DNA of 64,000 nucleotides from Escherichia phage PBM-2: the sequence record PV029541; one strand, written 5' to 3'. The notes under the pieces are model-generated. The model searched no databases. It worked only from the letters and a program-made list of their open reading frames with translations, and had not been told where the DNA came from. Below are positions 27,217 through 37,666 of this stretch, in pieces (the first letter of the stretch is position 1; every line of letters begins with the position of its first letter). The position numbers and the translations under genes are program-made.

Positions 27217-30200
27217 TTAGTTAGCTAGATTGAGCCAAGGGTTAAGGTTATGGGCACGAAGTCCCTGACCGAAGCCCCAGGAGTAACCGAGATTGCCTTG
27301 TGCAGCAATACTGAAGATGTTGTCCTGAATAGGTAAACCAACATTACCAAACATGGTAGGAGTTGGAGCCAACATAGCCATAGCTGCGTGTACCGGGTTG
27401 TTACGAATCATGGATACTGCAATTTTTGCAGAACGAATCTTAAAATTATAGAACCACATAAGACCAACACTTTCCATATACCCACGGAAGCGACCAGGCA
27501 GACGGTCATAGTTAATGAACTCTTCCGTTACACGTCCAAGTGCTTCTTCACGAGTCTTACCTTTACGCTGAGTCAAATCATCATAGATGATTGCTTTAGC
27601 AATAAAGTCAGAGTACTCAACCGTCTTCTGGATACCCTGGAATAAAGCAGTATCCTTGGTGATAAGGGCATAACGTCCAGCATTACGTACAGACTTAGGT
27701 AACTTATCAGCCAGTTTATCCATGTATTCGTGAAGTTTACCTTCAGTAATCAGGATGTCATCTCGTCCAATACCAGCATCTGCAATTGAAGAAAACTCAC
27801 CAGCTTCTAACAGAGGCCAGATACTCATACGCTTATGACTATCAGTGATGGACTGAATTTCAGCCTTAAGCTTACGAATCTGGTTCGGGTTAGTAGCTGC
27901 ACGTAATTCTGCTTCTGCATCTACCTGACGCAGACGAGATTTCAGGTACTGGTTAATCTCAGCAGTCTTCTGTGGAATGCTCTTAGCAATGTTCTTAACA
28001 GGTACACCACGACCAACCATCTGGTAAAGGTTAGCCAGGAAGTTAACAGCAGGAACAACTACTGATTTAACTACAATCAGAGTCTTAGCTTCTTTAACTA
28101 AGTTTTGAACCAGGTTCTCACCACCCATTACATACTTATAAGCACGGTTGCCGAATACACCCAACATAGCTTTCTTGAAGGTATCCAGTGTTTCTGGTGA
28201 CCAACGAGAATTGCCAGACCAGGCATCACCTACGGAAGCTGCACGATAGCCCAGTGCATCATTCAGCATGTCACGACGTACCCACAACTCACCAGGACCA
28301 AACAGACTTTCTGCTTTCTGACGAGTTTCACTGTTCATCAGCTTAAGGGCATCAGCAGTTACTGGGTCCAGTTTAGAACCAAGAAGGTTAACGTACTGTG
28401 ACTTGTTAGAGGCAGACATTTTAATGTCGTTTTCATACATGCTATGCAGGTTCTCAATCAGCATATCGTTAAAACGCTGAGCCTTAGCTTCCTCTACCTG
28501 ACGACCACGCCATACACCGATTGCACGAGCGAGATGGTTCTCACCCTCAATGTGCTTCAGCATGTTAGGGTCAATAGATTGCTCATAAGCAACCACATTG
28601 CCTTTATCATCATATACAGGCAGCAGTGGTTCATTACCACGTTCACCGCGAGCCAGTGCTTTAGTGATACGGTCTACAGAAGGCTTGTCAGTGATACGAC
28701 CAGCTACCATTGTACCCATCGTAAAGCCTGTACCAAGGTCTACACCACCAGCAGTATTGCGAACGTTCTGTAAGATACCTTGCGAGAATGGAGCCTGTGC
28801 CTGTACCGGTGCAAAGTAGTAGCTACGTGCTGGACCACGATTAGCAGAGCTACCCTGATAAGTACCCAGACGTACATAGGACTTCTCAATCAAATCAGCA
28901 AACTGACTATCTTCAGCAACAATCAAGTTAACACCCTGTTTAGTCTCACCAGGAATATACCCTTTGTACTGGTTCAGAGTTGCACGAGTATCAGATTTGG
29001 CTTTAGCCATTTCATCTTTACGCTGACCAACCAGATAAGAAGTAGCGAAGTCCATGCCTTCAATCTCTGTCTGAGCCAGTGAAGATAACATCTCACGGTC
29101 AGTCTTACTCATTGCTTCCAGTGCATACAGAGTAATCAGTTTATCCAGTTGAGCTACATCTACAGTAGAACGTGCAGCCTGTCGTTCACCCAGCATACGA
29201 GAGATTGCAGTAGCATTACGCAGCAAGTTATTACCAACTGTGCCATTAATCATGTACTGAGCCAGTTGCTTAGATTTACGGCTAATCAAAGGCCAGTTAC
29301 GTCCTGCTTGTTTCTGCAAATCTGCTTCCAGCTTATTCACTTCACGGTCAACAATCTTTTGGTCAGTCAGCAAGTCACGAATTTCACCCAGAGACATAGT
29401 GTCACGCAGAACAGCTAAGTCGGTTTTACCCATACCGGTATGCATTGCTTTCCACTCATCATTAGTAAGCTTACGGCTGAACTTAGATGCAATAGTGGTA
29501 GGCAAATGTTCACGGAACTGCTGACGGTCAGCCTGTACCTGTGCACGCACTGCTTTAATCAAATCATATACAGAAGCATTGCTCTTAGTACGACCAGTTA
29601 AGTCATTAACCAGGTCATGGAAAGGTTGCCATACCTTACCCTGGTTCATTGCAGCCATAACACCCTCAGCTACGATTGCACCATTTTTCTCTGTAGCAAT
29701 AGCAGCTATTAGTTGTGCAGCATGAGCAGCACCTTTAACCAACGGGTTCTTGGTATTAGCTGCAACTTCACGAGCACCCTCTAAAGCACGGGTAGACAGT
29801 ACATCAATAGAATCCACCAGATACTGGTTAGCACGGTCGATAGCATTACCACTAGGAGTAGCAATGGAATCATAGAAGGACTGCGCATTGAGACTCGTCT
29901 GCATGATTGTCTGAGCCAGTGCATCCATACCTTCCTGTACGTTGGTAGCTTTAGTATCTCCTGCTACACGAGCATTCAGACTAGCCATTGCAGCAGTACC
30001 GATGTTAGTCAGCATTGCATCAGCGGTATTGCCAGATTTCTTGTCTACTTTCATAACAGGAATGTCAGCCAGTACTTTACGCACTTCTTCACTTACCATT
30101 GCCAGACCAACAAAGGTAGGCAGTAAGGAAGAACGGCCTTGTGCATCAAACTCAATGTTGTTAGCACCCATGATGGTATCGAACTTCTGCTGTGCATAGT

Positions 30201-33200
30201 AACGGTCAGCAGGGTTAGTACTATCTGGGTCAGCCATGAATGACTCAACGGTCAGGTTCTTAGTAACATGTGTGTAGTATTCCTGTGCACGAGCCAGAGC
30301 AGCAGGATTAATAGCAGCTTCAGTAGCCAGTGCAGCAACAATGTTAGTAAAGAGACGTTGTTCCTGCATATTCATAGTGAAGCCATGAGCCTGAACATCA
30401 CGAGTTACTTTAGTCGCATTAACCACTGCATCAGAGAACTTACCTTTACGAATTACTTGCTGTACTGGTTCAGAACCAATGTAGTCAGTAATCAGTTTAT
30501 CGAAGGTTTTCCCTAGCTCTTCCAGACGAGTATTGTCACCATACGTTTTGTTATGGAACAGAGTAGTATCTTTGGCTACAGCAGCAGTAGGAGCTTGCCC
30601 ACGCATAACTACGGACGAGTTAAACAGTAAGCCAGAGAACATATCATCTGCATTAGCTGGTGCTTTCTTACGCCCAAATACCAGACGCTTGATTGCTTCA
30701 TATACAGCCTGAACCATAGTCTTCAGTGCAGTGGTTTTCTTCTGCTTACTAATCAGTTCACGGTTAGTTAAACCCCATGCCATGTACTCATTCAGTGCAG
30801 CAGCTTTAGCCATTGCTGGCTCAATGAAGCCATTAGATAGATGACCGTTAATAGTATTAAGAGCATCTGCATATGCTTCCCGAACTGCCGGGGATTCATC
30901 CTTAACATCCAGAGCACGGAACTGGTTCATCAGGTCTTCAATGTTCTGGACCGCTTCATTAGGAGTACCCTCATAGTGAGCCAGTACAGATTCAAAAGTA
31001 GAAGCATGCACCAATTCATGAACCAGAGTCTCTAAGGAAGGGGTAACTAAGTAGATGGTCTTATCTTCAAAGTTAGTCCAACCATACGCATTACCAGCTT
31101 CAGCAGCTTCAATATCTTCTGGTGCTGGGCGAGTAATATTCTTCTCAATAGCATAAGCATCCAGTTGGGAAGGTGTACCGTAAACAACCTTATAATCTTT
31201 AGCAGCAAGGGATTTCTGTACTTCTTTCAGTACTGCTTGCTGTTCCGGAGACATCTCTTTAGCCAGCTTAGAGATAGCAGTATTAGACAGTAGGCGTACA
31301 CCAGACTTCAGTACACGACCAACCTGTTCCATTGCTGGCACTTCTTTCACTGGTTCTACTTTAGCAGCACGTACTGCATCACGACGTTTGTTTAATTCAG
31401 CATCGAACAGTTCATTTAGCTTAGCTACTTGTTGGTCTACGGTCAGACCTTCCAGAGAGATTTTACCGTTGTTCACATAAGGAGCACCAACAGCAGCCAT
31501 CTGGTCAACAGTAGTCTGTACCTGGTTCATTACTTTGTGACGAATATCTACACCCAGAGCAATATTACGCAGGTTACGTTCAATCTGTTCAGCACCAACA
31601 CGTAACAGGTCATCGGTAGCACCTTCACGCTGGTCATATTCCAGAGCAGATTTAGCGATAGCCTGTTTGGTTTCATCAGATAGTTTGCTGAAGTCTACGT
31701 TCTTCATGAACTTAGTAAAAGACTCATAAACATTCTTGATAGGGTTACCCTGCCAGGAAGTGTATACAGCCTCGTTAGCTTTACGACTTGCATCAGTGAT
31801 GTTGTCGATACCAATGTTCATACCATCAAAGATTTTCAGGGTATTCTTCGGAGCACCTTTCATAGTAGAAAGGGTCTGCATCATCATGCCATCACCAGTG
31901 CCAATGGTCATAAATGGAATACCTGCAACGCCTGCCTGAGAAGGAGCATAGATGCTCATTGGCACACGCATACGGTCATCTAAGTTGGTAGCCAGTACCT
32001 GGTTAGCAACATCAGTATTCTCACTACCAGCAATATAGAAAGTCTGTGAACCAGTCTCAATCATTGGAGCCAGTGGAGACAATGATTCCTGAATTTCATT
32101 CAGTTCTTTCTGTGTTAAGAAATCACCCTTCTTCCAGGTTGGGTCTTTTTCTTTTTCTGCCAGCTTAGCCTGTACTGCTTGTTGGAACATGTCTTGTAGA
32201 ACCAAAGACTGAATCTGGGTAGCCTTCTGCAAGTTCTCAGTAGAATGCATCAGACCTTCCCCAACAGTATTCCGGATACCAGTACGCATTGGTTCAACGA
32301 ACAGGTGAAGCATGTTCTCTTGTAAGTTCTTCAGGGCATTACCCGATACGGTAAACTTCTGAGGGTCTAACTTACCAGTCAGAGCACCTTCTACCTGTTG
32401 AATAGACAATTCACCTTTACGCATAACTGGAACATTACCAGTCAGTGCTTCCATAGAAGTAAGGAAAGTATCCAGCATAGCCTGAGCATCAGCCTCAGAC
32501 GCAGCCTCCTTACCAAACATTGCCATAGCTGGGGAAATACTAGGGTCAGCAGCACGAGCTTGCAGAACATCACTGAAGCGTTCATAGATGGTATCAGTAA
32601 TTGCACTAACCATCTTGCCAGCAATACCACGAGCACCTGAACCATAGATGGTAATGGTCAGTGGGTTTTTAGCGATACCACGTTTTAGGTCCAGAGTACC
32701 GTCTTCATTCAGGTTAAAGTCTTTAATAAACAGGTCCATTAACTTCTGAAGATGATTCATTTGGTTCATAACCGGAACGTTGTTACGGTAAGTAGTACGT
32801 AACTCATTAAGTGCTTGTTGCAGACCATTGGTAGATGCTTCATACAGGTCAACACTGTCATCCTGTGAACGATGCTCATTCATAGTCTTACCAGCTTTAC
32901 CGAAGAACAGACCACCTTTAGCAGTATTCTTAATCCAGTCTGAAGTGAACTTACCACCTGTCATTAATATCATTGCGTTGATTGGTCCGTTGGTTACACC
33001 ATCGGCTTCAACGTACAGTGGGGTATTAAAGTTGGCACGGTCATCACTGTTCAGGTAACGGGCATATTCCATAAGAGCCATGAGAGCTACGAATGATTTA
33101 TCGCCACCCAAAGAAGTCTTCAGAATATCTACTGCATCAGCTGGTAAGTGGCCAGACTTATCAAACTCAACCATCATATCAACAGCAGGTTTCAGATTAC

Positions 33201-36200
33201 CTTCCAGAGCTTTGGTCAGCTTTTCAGACATAGCTTCACGGGACATATTATGTACCTTGATACCCAATGCCTGAGCCAGTCCTAGCTGGAAGTCAGAGAA
33301 TGTTTGGCTGTTTTCATTACTCAAGTCAATAGTAGAGAAGGTTGGCAGAATTGCTTCACGAACCAGTTTACTGGATTGTGGGTTGTTCTTACCTAACATC
33401 TGCATACGACCTACACGGGTCATGTTGTAACCATAGTGAATAGGCGTATCCAGACCATTCTCCTGTTCCTGTAACTGGTTGATTACACCGAACAGGGAAT
33501 CATATGCCATAGACACTGACAGGTTTTTACCCTCCAGTGACTTAGCAGTGTTCACGTTCAGCAGTTCAGGATTAAGAGTACCAGCACCCATCAGTTCCAG
33601 AATGTTGTCACGACCTAATGCTTCATAGAAGTTAACCATCGGCATGTGTACACGGAACTCGGTAGCCTGTTCTGCTTTAAGAGCAGCTTTCTGCTCTGGG
33701 GTATTCTTAACAGCAGGGTTACGTAACTGAGTTTGAGCCACGGAAGGAATATCATCACCAAAGTACATTTTCTCTTCTGGTTCTACGAGAACAGCTTCCT
33801 CGATAGCAGTAGGGAACTTGTTAATGGCATCGTTATCATCCAGCTTCTCAATGGTATACAGACCGACGGTCTTATTAGAGTCTGGGTCAATCTCAGACAC
33901 ATCAAGCATAGACTCTTTAACTTCACCCATCTCAATGAGAGAAGACAGAATCTCTGTAGCCATTGCCATTGGAATACCTTTGGTATAACCCAGTGGTGCA
34001 TTAGGATTACGATTCAATCCCCAGTAAGATTCAATCTTTTGAGCCAGTGAGTTAGTAGCTTCAACCAGAGTCTGAGCATTCTCAAATTCAGCCAGGATAC
34101 CTTCAGGTAACAAGGATGCTTCTACTCCAGTAATAGCAGCTACATCTTTCATGTCTTTAACAGCAGCATTCTGTGTAGCAGTCAGTCGCCATTGCAGACC
34201 AGCAAGTACAGCAGTCTCTAACAACTGGTCATTGAACTTAAAGGTGTCTCCGTCTTTCTCTACGATATTAAGTAACTTACCACCTACCCAACGGTTAGCC
34301 TCTGTGCCTTCTGCAAAGCGTTTACCAACGTTCTTATTAGCAAGAAACTTAGCCAGACGATCAGACAGAGTAGTCTTCAGAGTTTCACCAAAGCCCATTA
34401 AGTCCTGATAACGCTTAATCACATCACTTGTGAGAGCGTTATTTTCTTTTTGAGTGAATGCTTCAAAGCGTGCAGTAGAAGACAGTGCTTGCTTAATATC
34501 AGTCAAAGGGGATTCAGAACCAATGGTGCGAGACTTAGGTTCTTCCGGCAGGGTAAATGATTTCAGGAACTGGTTCGGTGTCTTGTCATTGTTATAGACA
34601 GGGAAAACTGTTTCCATTTCCGTTTTAGTTTCAGCTACTTTTTGAGTGGTATCCTCATTGGTGAGGGTAGCATCTACTGTTTCAGACTTAGTAGTAGAGA
34701 CTTCTTCTGCTTTTGAACTAGCCTCTTTAACAGGAACAGTCTTATTTTCTACCACTGGTTTAGCTTTAGGCTGTACAGTAGTAGTAGTAGTCTCTTGCGC
34801 TGGTGCAGGAGTTTCATCAACCTGATTCACTGGTTCATTGGTCTGTTGAGACTGAGTGGCATCAAGACCACCTTGACGGAACTCTTTAACTACCTGGGCA
34901 GCAGGCTTGTCCAGACGTGAATCTAATGGAGTAACCTTCACATGAGAAACATTAAGCTCCGGGTAAGCCGTAGCAAGTGCGTTAGCAATATCAGCTACGG
35001 TTTTGGCCTCCAGTCCTACTTGCTGGGCAAACTTAACCGACTTGGTATCATACGGATTGACACCAAGACCAGTACGACTACGTACCCATTCACGGGAGGG
35101 AGTAAGAGCCTGATAATGGACAGACTTATTCTTATCCGCATTCCCAGAAATCAGATGCTCATTCAACGCTCCGACCTTATTCTGCATGTGCTGGGCGAAC
35201 TTCATAAAGTCGTCGAGGTAAGCGGAAGCCAAATCGAAGTTACCAGAGTTGTACGCAGAACGAATGCGTTTAGCATGTTGCAACGCAGAGTACTGACCTT
35301 CATTAGAACGAGACTCGTCGGTTTTAATCTGTTTACTAACAATGTCTTGAGGACGTAAGCCTAGTTCTTCTGCTTTAGCGTCAAATTCTCGTGCTCCTTG
35401 CAATAGAGCAGCAGCAGATTGCAGGGCAGCACGCTGACGATTCCCCAGTGTAATCTTACCTTCACTTGCATGTTTCAGAACCATGTTCACTGAGTCTGCA
35501 TCCAGTACTTCTGGAGACATATCAGCAGCCATAGCAATGTTGTTTGCTTGGGCTTGGTTAGCTTCTTCGGTAGCTTTCAGTTTACCTGCTTCAGCCTGTT
35601 CCTGAATCATAGAATGGATGGCACGGAATGCACGAAGTACCTTTGGTGTATTCTGAACGTTAGCCATCAGGCCGGAGAACTGGTCAACAATATTAGCAGC
35701 AGGAGAACCCTGTTCCAGATTAGCTAAAGCACCAGGATCACGGTTAATGAAGCTATCCATAGACATGATGTTGTCATACATCTGGATTGCAGCTTCCATT
35801 TGAACGTTAGGGTCTTCAGTAGTATTAACCAGGTCTGCCATCTTCTGAATAGCTTCCACACGGTTAGTGGAACCAGAAACAGCTTCACGGATTGTAGGAC
35901 TAGCTTGCTCCAGTTCTACTGGGTCAAACTTCATTGCCTGAGTTAAGTCAGCAGCATACTGAGTAGCAGCAGCTTTCTCTTCAGGAGAAATGTCCATTGC
36001 ATCTACTGCTTCCTGTACAGTTGCTTGTGCTTGTTCTGCTTGAGCAGTAGCTTCTTGTGCAGCAGCATTAACCGTAGCATCTGATACAGGGGATGCTTGC
36101 TCATTACGCTTAGCAACTTCTTCGCCACGCTGAACCAGGATGTTAGTAATAGGAGAGGCAGCTTTTGCTAATGCACTACCAACCAGAGAAGCACCAGCCA

Positions 36201-37572
36201 GAGTAGTACGTAAAGCAGGCCCAGCAGAAGCACCAACAGCTTTAACAGTTGTACCTGGAGCCTGAGCAACACCAGCACTACCGAAGCCGTAGAGTGCACC
36301 AAGACCTGCTTGCTCACCGACACCTTTAAGCAAATCACGCTTAGCATCTACATTACCCTGAATTGCCTTGTTCTGTGCAAACTGACTTGTACCAGACTGA
36401 ATACCTTCTTCTACTGTTTCACGTAGCATGTTAGAACCAGCACCAGCCAGCGAACCTACCTTAAGTGGGTTAAGTTCAAATTTGGATACCAGAGGACCAG
36501 TAGCAGCAGCAACCGGAGCAGTTAAGCCAGCAGCAATGATACCCGTTTCAGATGCAGTTTGGCGACGTGCTTCATCAGGAGATAAACCATCAGCGATATG
36601 CTGTTGATAAACAGGAGACTTACTTGCCAATTCTTGATGGGACATCTTCATGATTTCGGAAGCAGTCTGTTGGTATGCACCACCAGCTTCCATACCACCA
36701 ATTGCAATAGCAGGTGCAGCAACACGACCAGCAGACAATGCAACCTGTGCAGGACGTGAACCTAACTCAGCAGCTAAGGTAATACCCTTAACAGCTTTAT
36801 CACCACCTACCATTACTTTACCGAGTGCAGATACACCACGAATTAATGGACCACCGGTAAAGAGAGAACCAACACCTTCACTCAGCCCATCAGTAGCAGC
36901 CATACCATTATCAAGCGTATTAGCAACAGAATCAAAAGCATCACGACCAATACGAGACAGAGAGGCAACCAAACTGCTCTCTCCATTTTTAATGTCTTCT
37001 TCGTAGAGTTTCTGGTTCTTTTGTGCAGAAATCTGGTTCTGATTCTGAACAACCTTACGGGTAGCATTCAGTGCGTCAGACTGTAGATTGTGTACCCCTT
37101 CATTCAGCCAATCCATCCCGGAAGCAATGGATGCCCCGGCATTATCATTGACCAAACCCGTACCAAGAGCAGCAATGCCCCCAAGGGTATTAGCAACACC
37201 AAGACCAACACCAGAAAGAGTATCACCAAATGCTTCTGCGTTAGTACGTTGCTTAGATAAGTCCTGACGTACAACATCAGCAGCATTAGCTCGGCTATTA
37301 AGAATCTGTAGACCTTGCTCATTACCGTATTTATTAAGAATTTCTAATGGGGAGGCTTGAGTGAAATCTGCCTGAAGTGAACCTGGTTCGAATGCACCGA
37401 TTCCAAGATTACCTACACGACCAGTTTGGAGATTGTAAGCATTCTCTGGGGTTAATTGGAAAGGGCTTTGCCCTTGTGCAGCTTGCTTCTGAGAGGTTGC
37501 AGTAGAGACATCGACTTGCTTAGCATTAGTGATGCTGTCTGCGAAACCTGCCAGACGGTCAAATGTTGACAT
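27217..37572 (-). CDS. virion-encapsidated RNA polymerase (N4 vRNAP-like giant protein)
   Basis: About 3450-aa single ORF, the hallmark of N4-like phages; ATG at 37572 with AGGA upstream (ORF-track start at 37590 is TTG). Confidence 0.9.
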   Translation of the reverse strand: MSTFDRLAGFADSITNAKQVDVSTATSQKQAAQGQSPFQLTPENAYNLQTGRVGNLGIGAFEPGSLQADFTQASPLEILNKYGNEQGLQILNSRANAADVVRQDLSKQRTNAEAFGDTLSGVGLGVANTLGGIAALGTGLVNDNAGASIASGMDWLNEGVHNLQSDALNATRKVVQNQNQISAQKNQKLYEEDIKNGESSLVASLSRIGRDAFDSVANTLDNGMAATDGLSEGVGSLFTGGPLIRGVSALGKVMVGGDKAVKGITLAAELGSRPAQVALSAGRVAAPAIAIGGMEAGGAYQQTASEIMKMSHQELASKSPVYQQHIADGLSPDEARRQTASETGIIAAGLTAPVAAATGPLVSKFELNPLKVGSLAGAGSNMLRETVEEGIQSGTSQFAQNKAIQGNVDAKRDLLKGVGEQAGLGALYGFGSAGVAQAPGTTVKAVGASAGPALRTTLAGASLVGSALAKAASPITNILVQRGEEVAKRNEQASPVSDATVNAAAQEATAQAEQAQATVQEAVDAMDISPEEKAAATQYAADLTQAMKFDPVELEQASPTIREAVSGSTNRVEAIQKMADLVNTTEDPNVQMEAAIQMYDNIMSMDSFINRDPGALANLEQGSPAANIVDQFSGLMANVQNTPKVLRAFRAIHSMIQEQAEAGKLKATEEANQAQANNIAMAADMSPEVLDADSVNMVLKHASEGKITLGNRQRAALQSAAALLQGAREFDAKAEELGLRPQDIVSKQIKTDESRSNEGQYSALQHAKRIRSAYNSGNFDLASAYLDDFMKFAQHMQNKVGALNEHLISGNADKNKSVHYQALTPSREWVRSRTGLGVNPYDTKSVKFAQQVGLEAKTVADIANALATAYPELNVSHVKVTPLDSRLDKPAAQVVKEFRQGGLDATQSQQTNEPVNQVDETPAPAQETTTTTVQPKAKPVVENKTVPVKEASSKAEEVSTTKSETVDATLTNEDTTQKVAETKTEMETVFPVYNNDKTPNQFLKSFTLPEEPKSRTIGSESPLTDIKQALSSTARFEAFTQKENNALTSDVIKRYQDLMGFGETLKTTLSDRLAKFLANKNVGKRFAEGTEANRWVGGKLLNIVEKDGDTFKFNDQLLETAVLAGLQWRLTATQNAAVKDMKDVAAITGVEASLLPEGILAEFENAQTLVEATNSLAQKIESYWGLNRNPNAPLGYTKGIPMAMATEILSSLIEMGEVKESMLDVSEIDPDSNKTVGLYTIEKLDDNDAINKFPTAIEEAVLVEPEEKMYFGDDIPSVAQTQLRNPAVKNTPEQKAALKAEQATEFRVHMPMVNFYEALGRDNILELMGAGTLNPELLNVNTAKSLEGKNLSVSMAYDSLFGVINQLQEQENGLDTPIHYGYNMTRVGRMQMLGKNNPQSSKLVREAILPTFSTIDLSNENSQTFSDFQLGLAQALGIKVHNMSREAMSEKLTKALEGNLKPAVDMMVEFDKSGHLPADAVDILKTSLGGDKSFVALMALMEYARYLNSDDRANFNTPLYVEADGVTNGPINAMILMTGGKFTSDWIKNTAKGGLFFGKAGKTMNEHRSQDDSVDLYEASTNGLQQALNELRTTYRNNVPVMNQMNHLQKLMDLFIKDFNLNEDGTLDLKRGIAKNPLTITIYGSGARGIAGKMVSAITDTIYERFSDVLQARAADPSISPAMAMFGKEAASEADAQAMLDTFLTSMEALTGNVPVMRKGELSIQQVEGALTGKLDPQKFTVSGNALKNLQENMLHLFVEPMRTGIRNTVGEGLMHSTENLQKATQIQSLVLQDMFQQAVQAKLAEKEKDPTWKKGDFLTQKELNEIQESLSPLAPMIETGSQTFYIAGSENTDVANQVLATNLDDRMRVPMSIYAPSQAGVAGIPFMTIGTGDGMMMQTLSTMKGAPKNTLKIFDGMNIGIDNITDASRKANEAVYTSWQGNPIKNVYESFTKFMKNVDFSKLSDETKQAIAKSALEYDQREGATDDLLRVGAEQIERNLRNIALGVDIRHKVMNQVQTTVDQMAAVGAPYVNNGKISLEGLTVDQQVAKLNELFDAELNKRRDAVRAAKVEPVKEVPAMEQVGRVLKSGVRLLSNTAISKLAKEMSPEQQAVLKEVQKSLAAKDYKVVYGTPSQLDAYAIEKNITRPAPEDIEAAEAGNAYGWTNFEDKTIYLVTPSLETLVHELVHASTFESVLAHYEGTPNEAVQNIEDLMNQFRALDVKDESPAVREAYADALNTINGHLSNGFIEPAMAKAAALNEYMAWGLTNRELISKQKKTTALKTMVQAVYEAIKRLVFGRKKAPANADDMFSGLLFNSSVVMRGQAPTAAVAKDTTLFHNKTYGDNTRLEELGKTFDKLITDYIGSEPVQQVIRKGKFSDAVVNATKVTRDVQAHGFTMNMQEQRLFTNIVAALATEAAINPAALARAQEYYTHVTKNLTVESFMADPDSTNPADRYYAQQKFDTIMGANNIEFDAQGRSSLLPTFVGLAMVSEEVRKVLADIPVMKVDKKSGNTADAMLTNIGTAAMASLNARVAGDTKATNVQEGMDALAQTIMQTSLNAQSFYDSIATPSGNAIDRANQYLVDSIDVLSTRALEGAREVAANTKNPLVKGAAHAAQLIAAIATEKNGAIVAEGVMAAMNQGKVWQPFHDLVNDLTGRTKSNASVYDLIKAVRAQVQADRQQFREHLPTTIASKFSRKLTNDEWKAMHTGMGKTDLAVLRDTMSLGEIRDLLTDQKIVDREVNKLEADLQKQAGRNWPLISRKSKQLAQYMINGTVGNNLLRNATAISRMLGERQAARSTVDVAQLDKLITLYALEAMSKTDREMLSSLAQTEIEGMDFATSYLVGQRKDEMAKAKSDTRATLNQYKGYIPGETKQGVNLIVAEDSQFADLIEKSYVRLGTYQGSSANRGPARSYYFAPVQAQAPFSQGILQNVRNTAGGVDLGTGFTMGTMVAGRITDKPSVDRITKALARGERGNEPLLPVYDDKGNVVAYEQSIDPNMLKHIEGENHLARAIGVWRGRQVEEAKAQRFNDMLIENLHSMYENDIKMSASNKSQYVNLLGSKLDPVTADALKLMNSETRQKAESLFGPGELWVRRDMLNDALGYRAASVGDAWSGNSRWSPETLDTFKKAMLGVFGNRAYKYVMGGENLVQNLVKEAKTLIVVKSVVVPAVNFLANLYQMVGRGVPVKNIAKSIPQKTAEINQYLKSRLRQVDAEAELRAATNPNQIRKLKAEIQSITDSHKRMSIWPLLEAGEFSSIADAGIGRDDILITEGKLHEYMDKLADKLPKSVRNAGRYALITKDTALFQGIQKTVEYSDFIAKAIIYDDLTQRKGKTREEALGRVTEEFINYDRLPGRFRGYMESVGLMWFYNFKIRSAKIAVSMIRNNPVHAAMAMLAPTPTMFGNVGLPIQDNIFSIAAQGNLGYSWGFGQGLRAHNLNPWLNLAN

Positions 37573-37636
37573 AGCATGTTTCCTGTTCAAACTTATATCG
37601 TATATAGAAAGCTTACTCTACAGTAAGCCAGTGTAA

Positions 37637-37660
37637 GAAAAAAGCCCCGAAGGGCTTTTG
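37637..37660 (-). terminator. rho-independent terminator (bidirectional-looking)
   Basis: AGCCC-CGAA-GGGCT stem with A-run upstream and T-run downstream on the + strand; gives a U-tract in either orientation. Confidence 0.55.
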
Positions 37661-37666
37661 TTAGTA

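Noticed and set aside
27388-37006. Many 60-140 aa + strand ORFs inside the vRNAP gene
   Set aside because: All lie antisense within one continuous 10-kb coding frame; no start signals; translations look non-protein-like.
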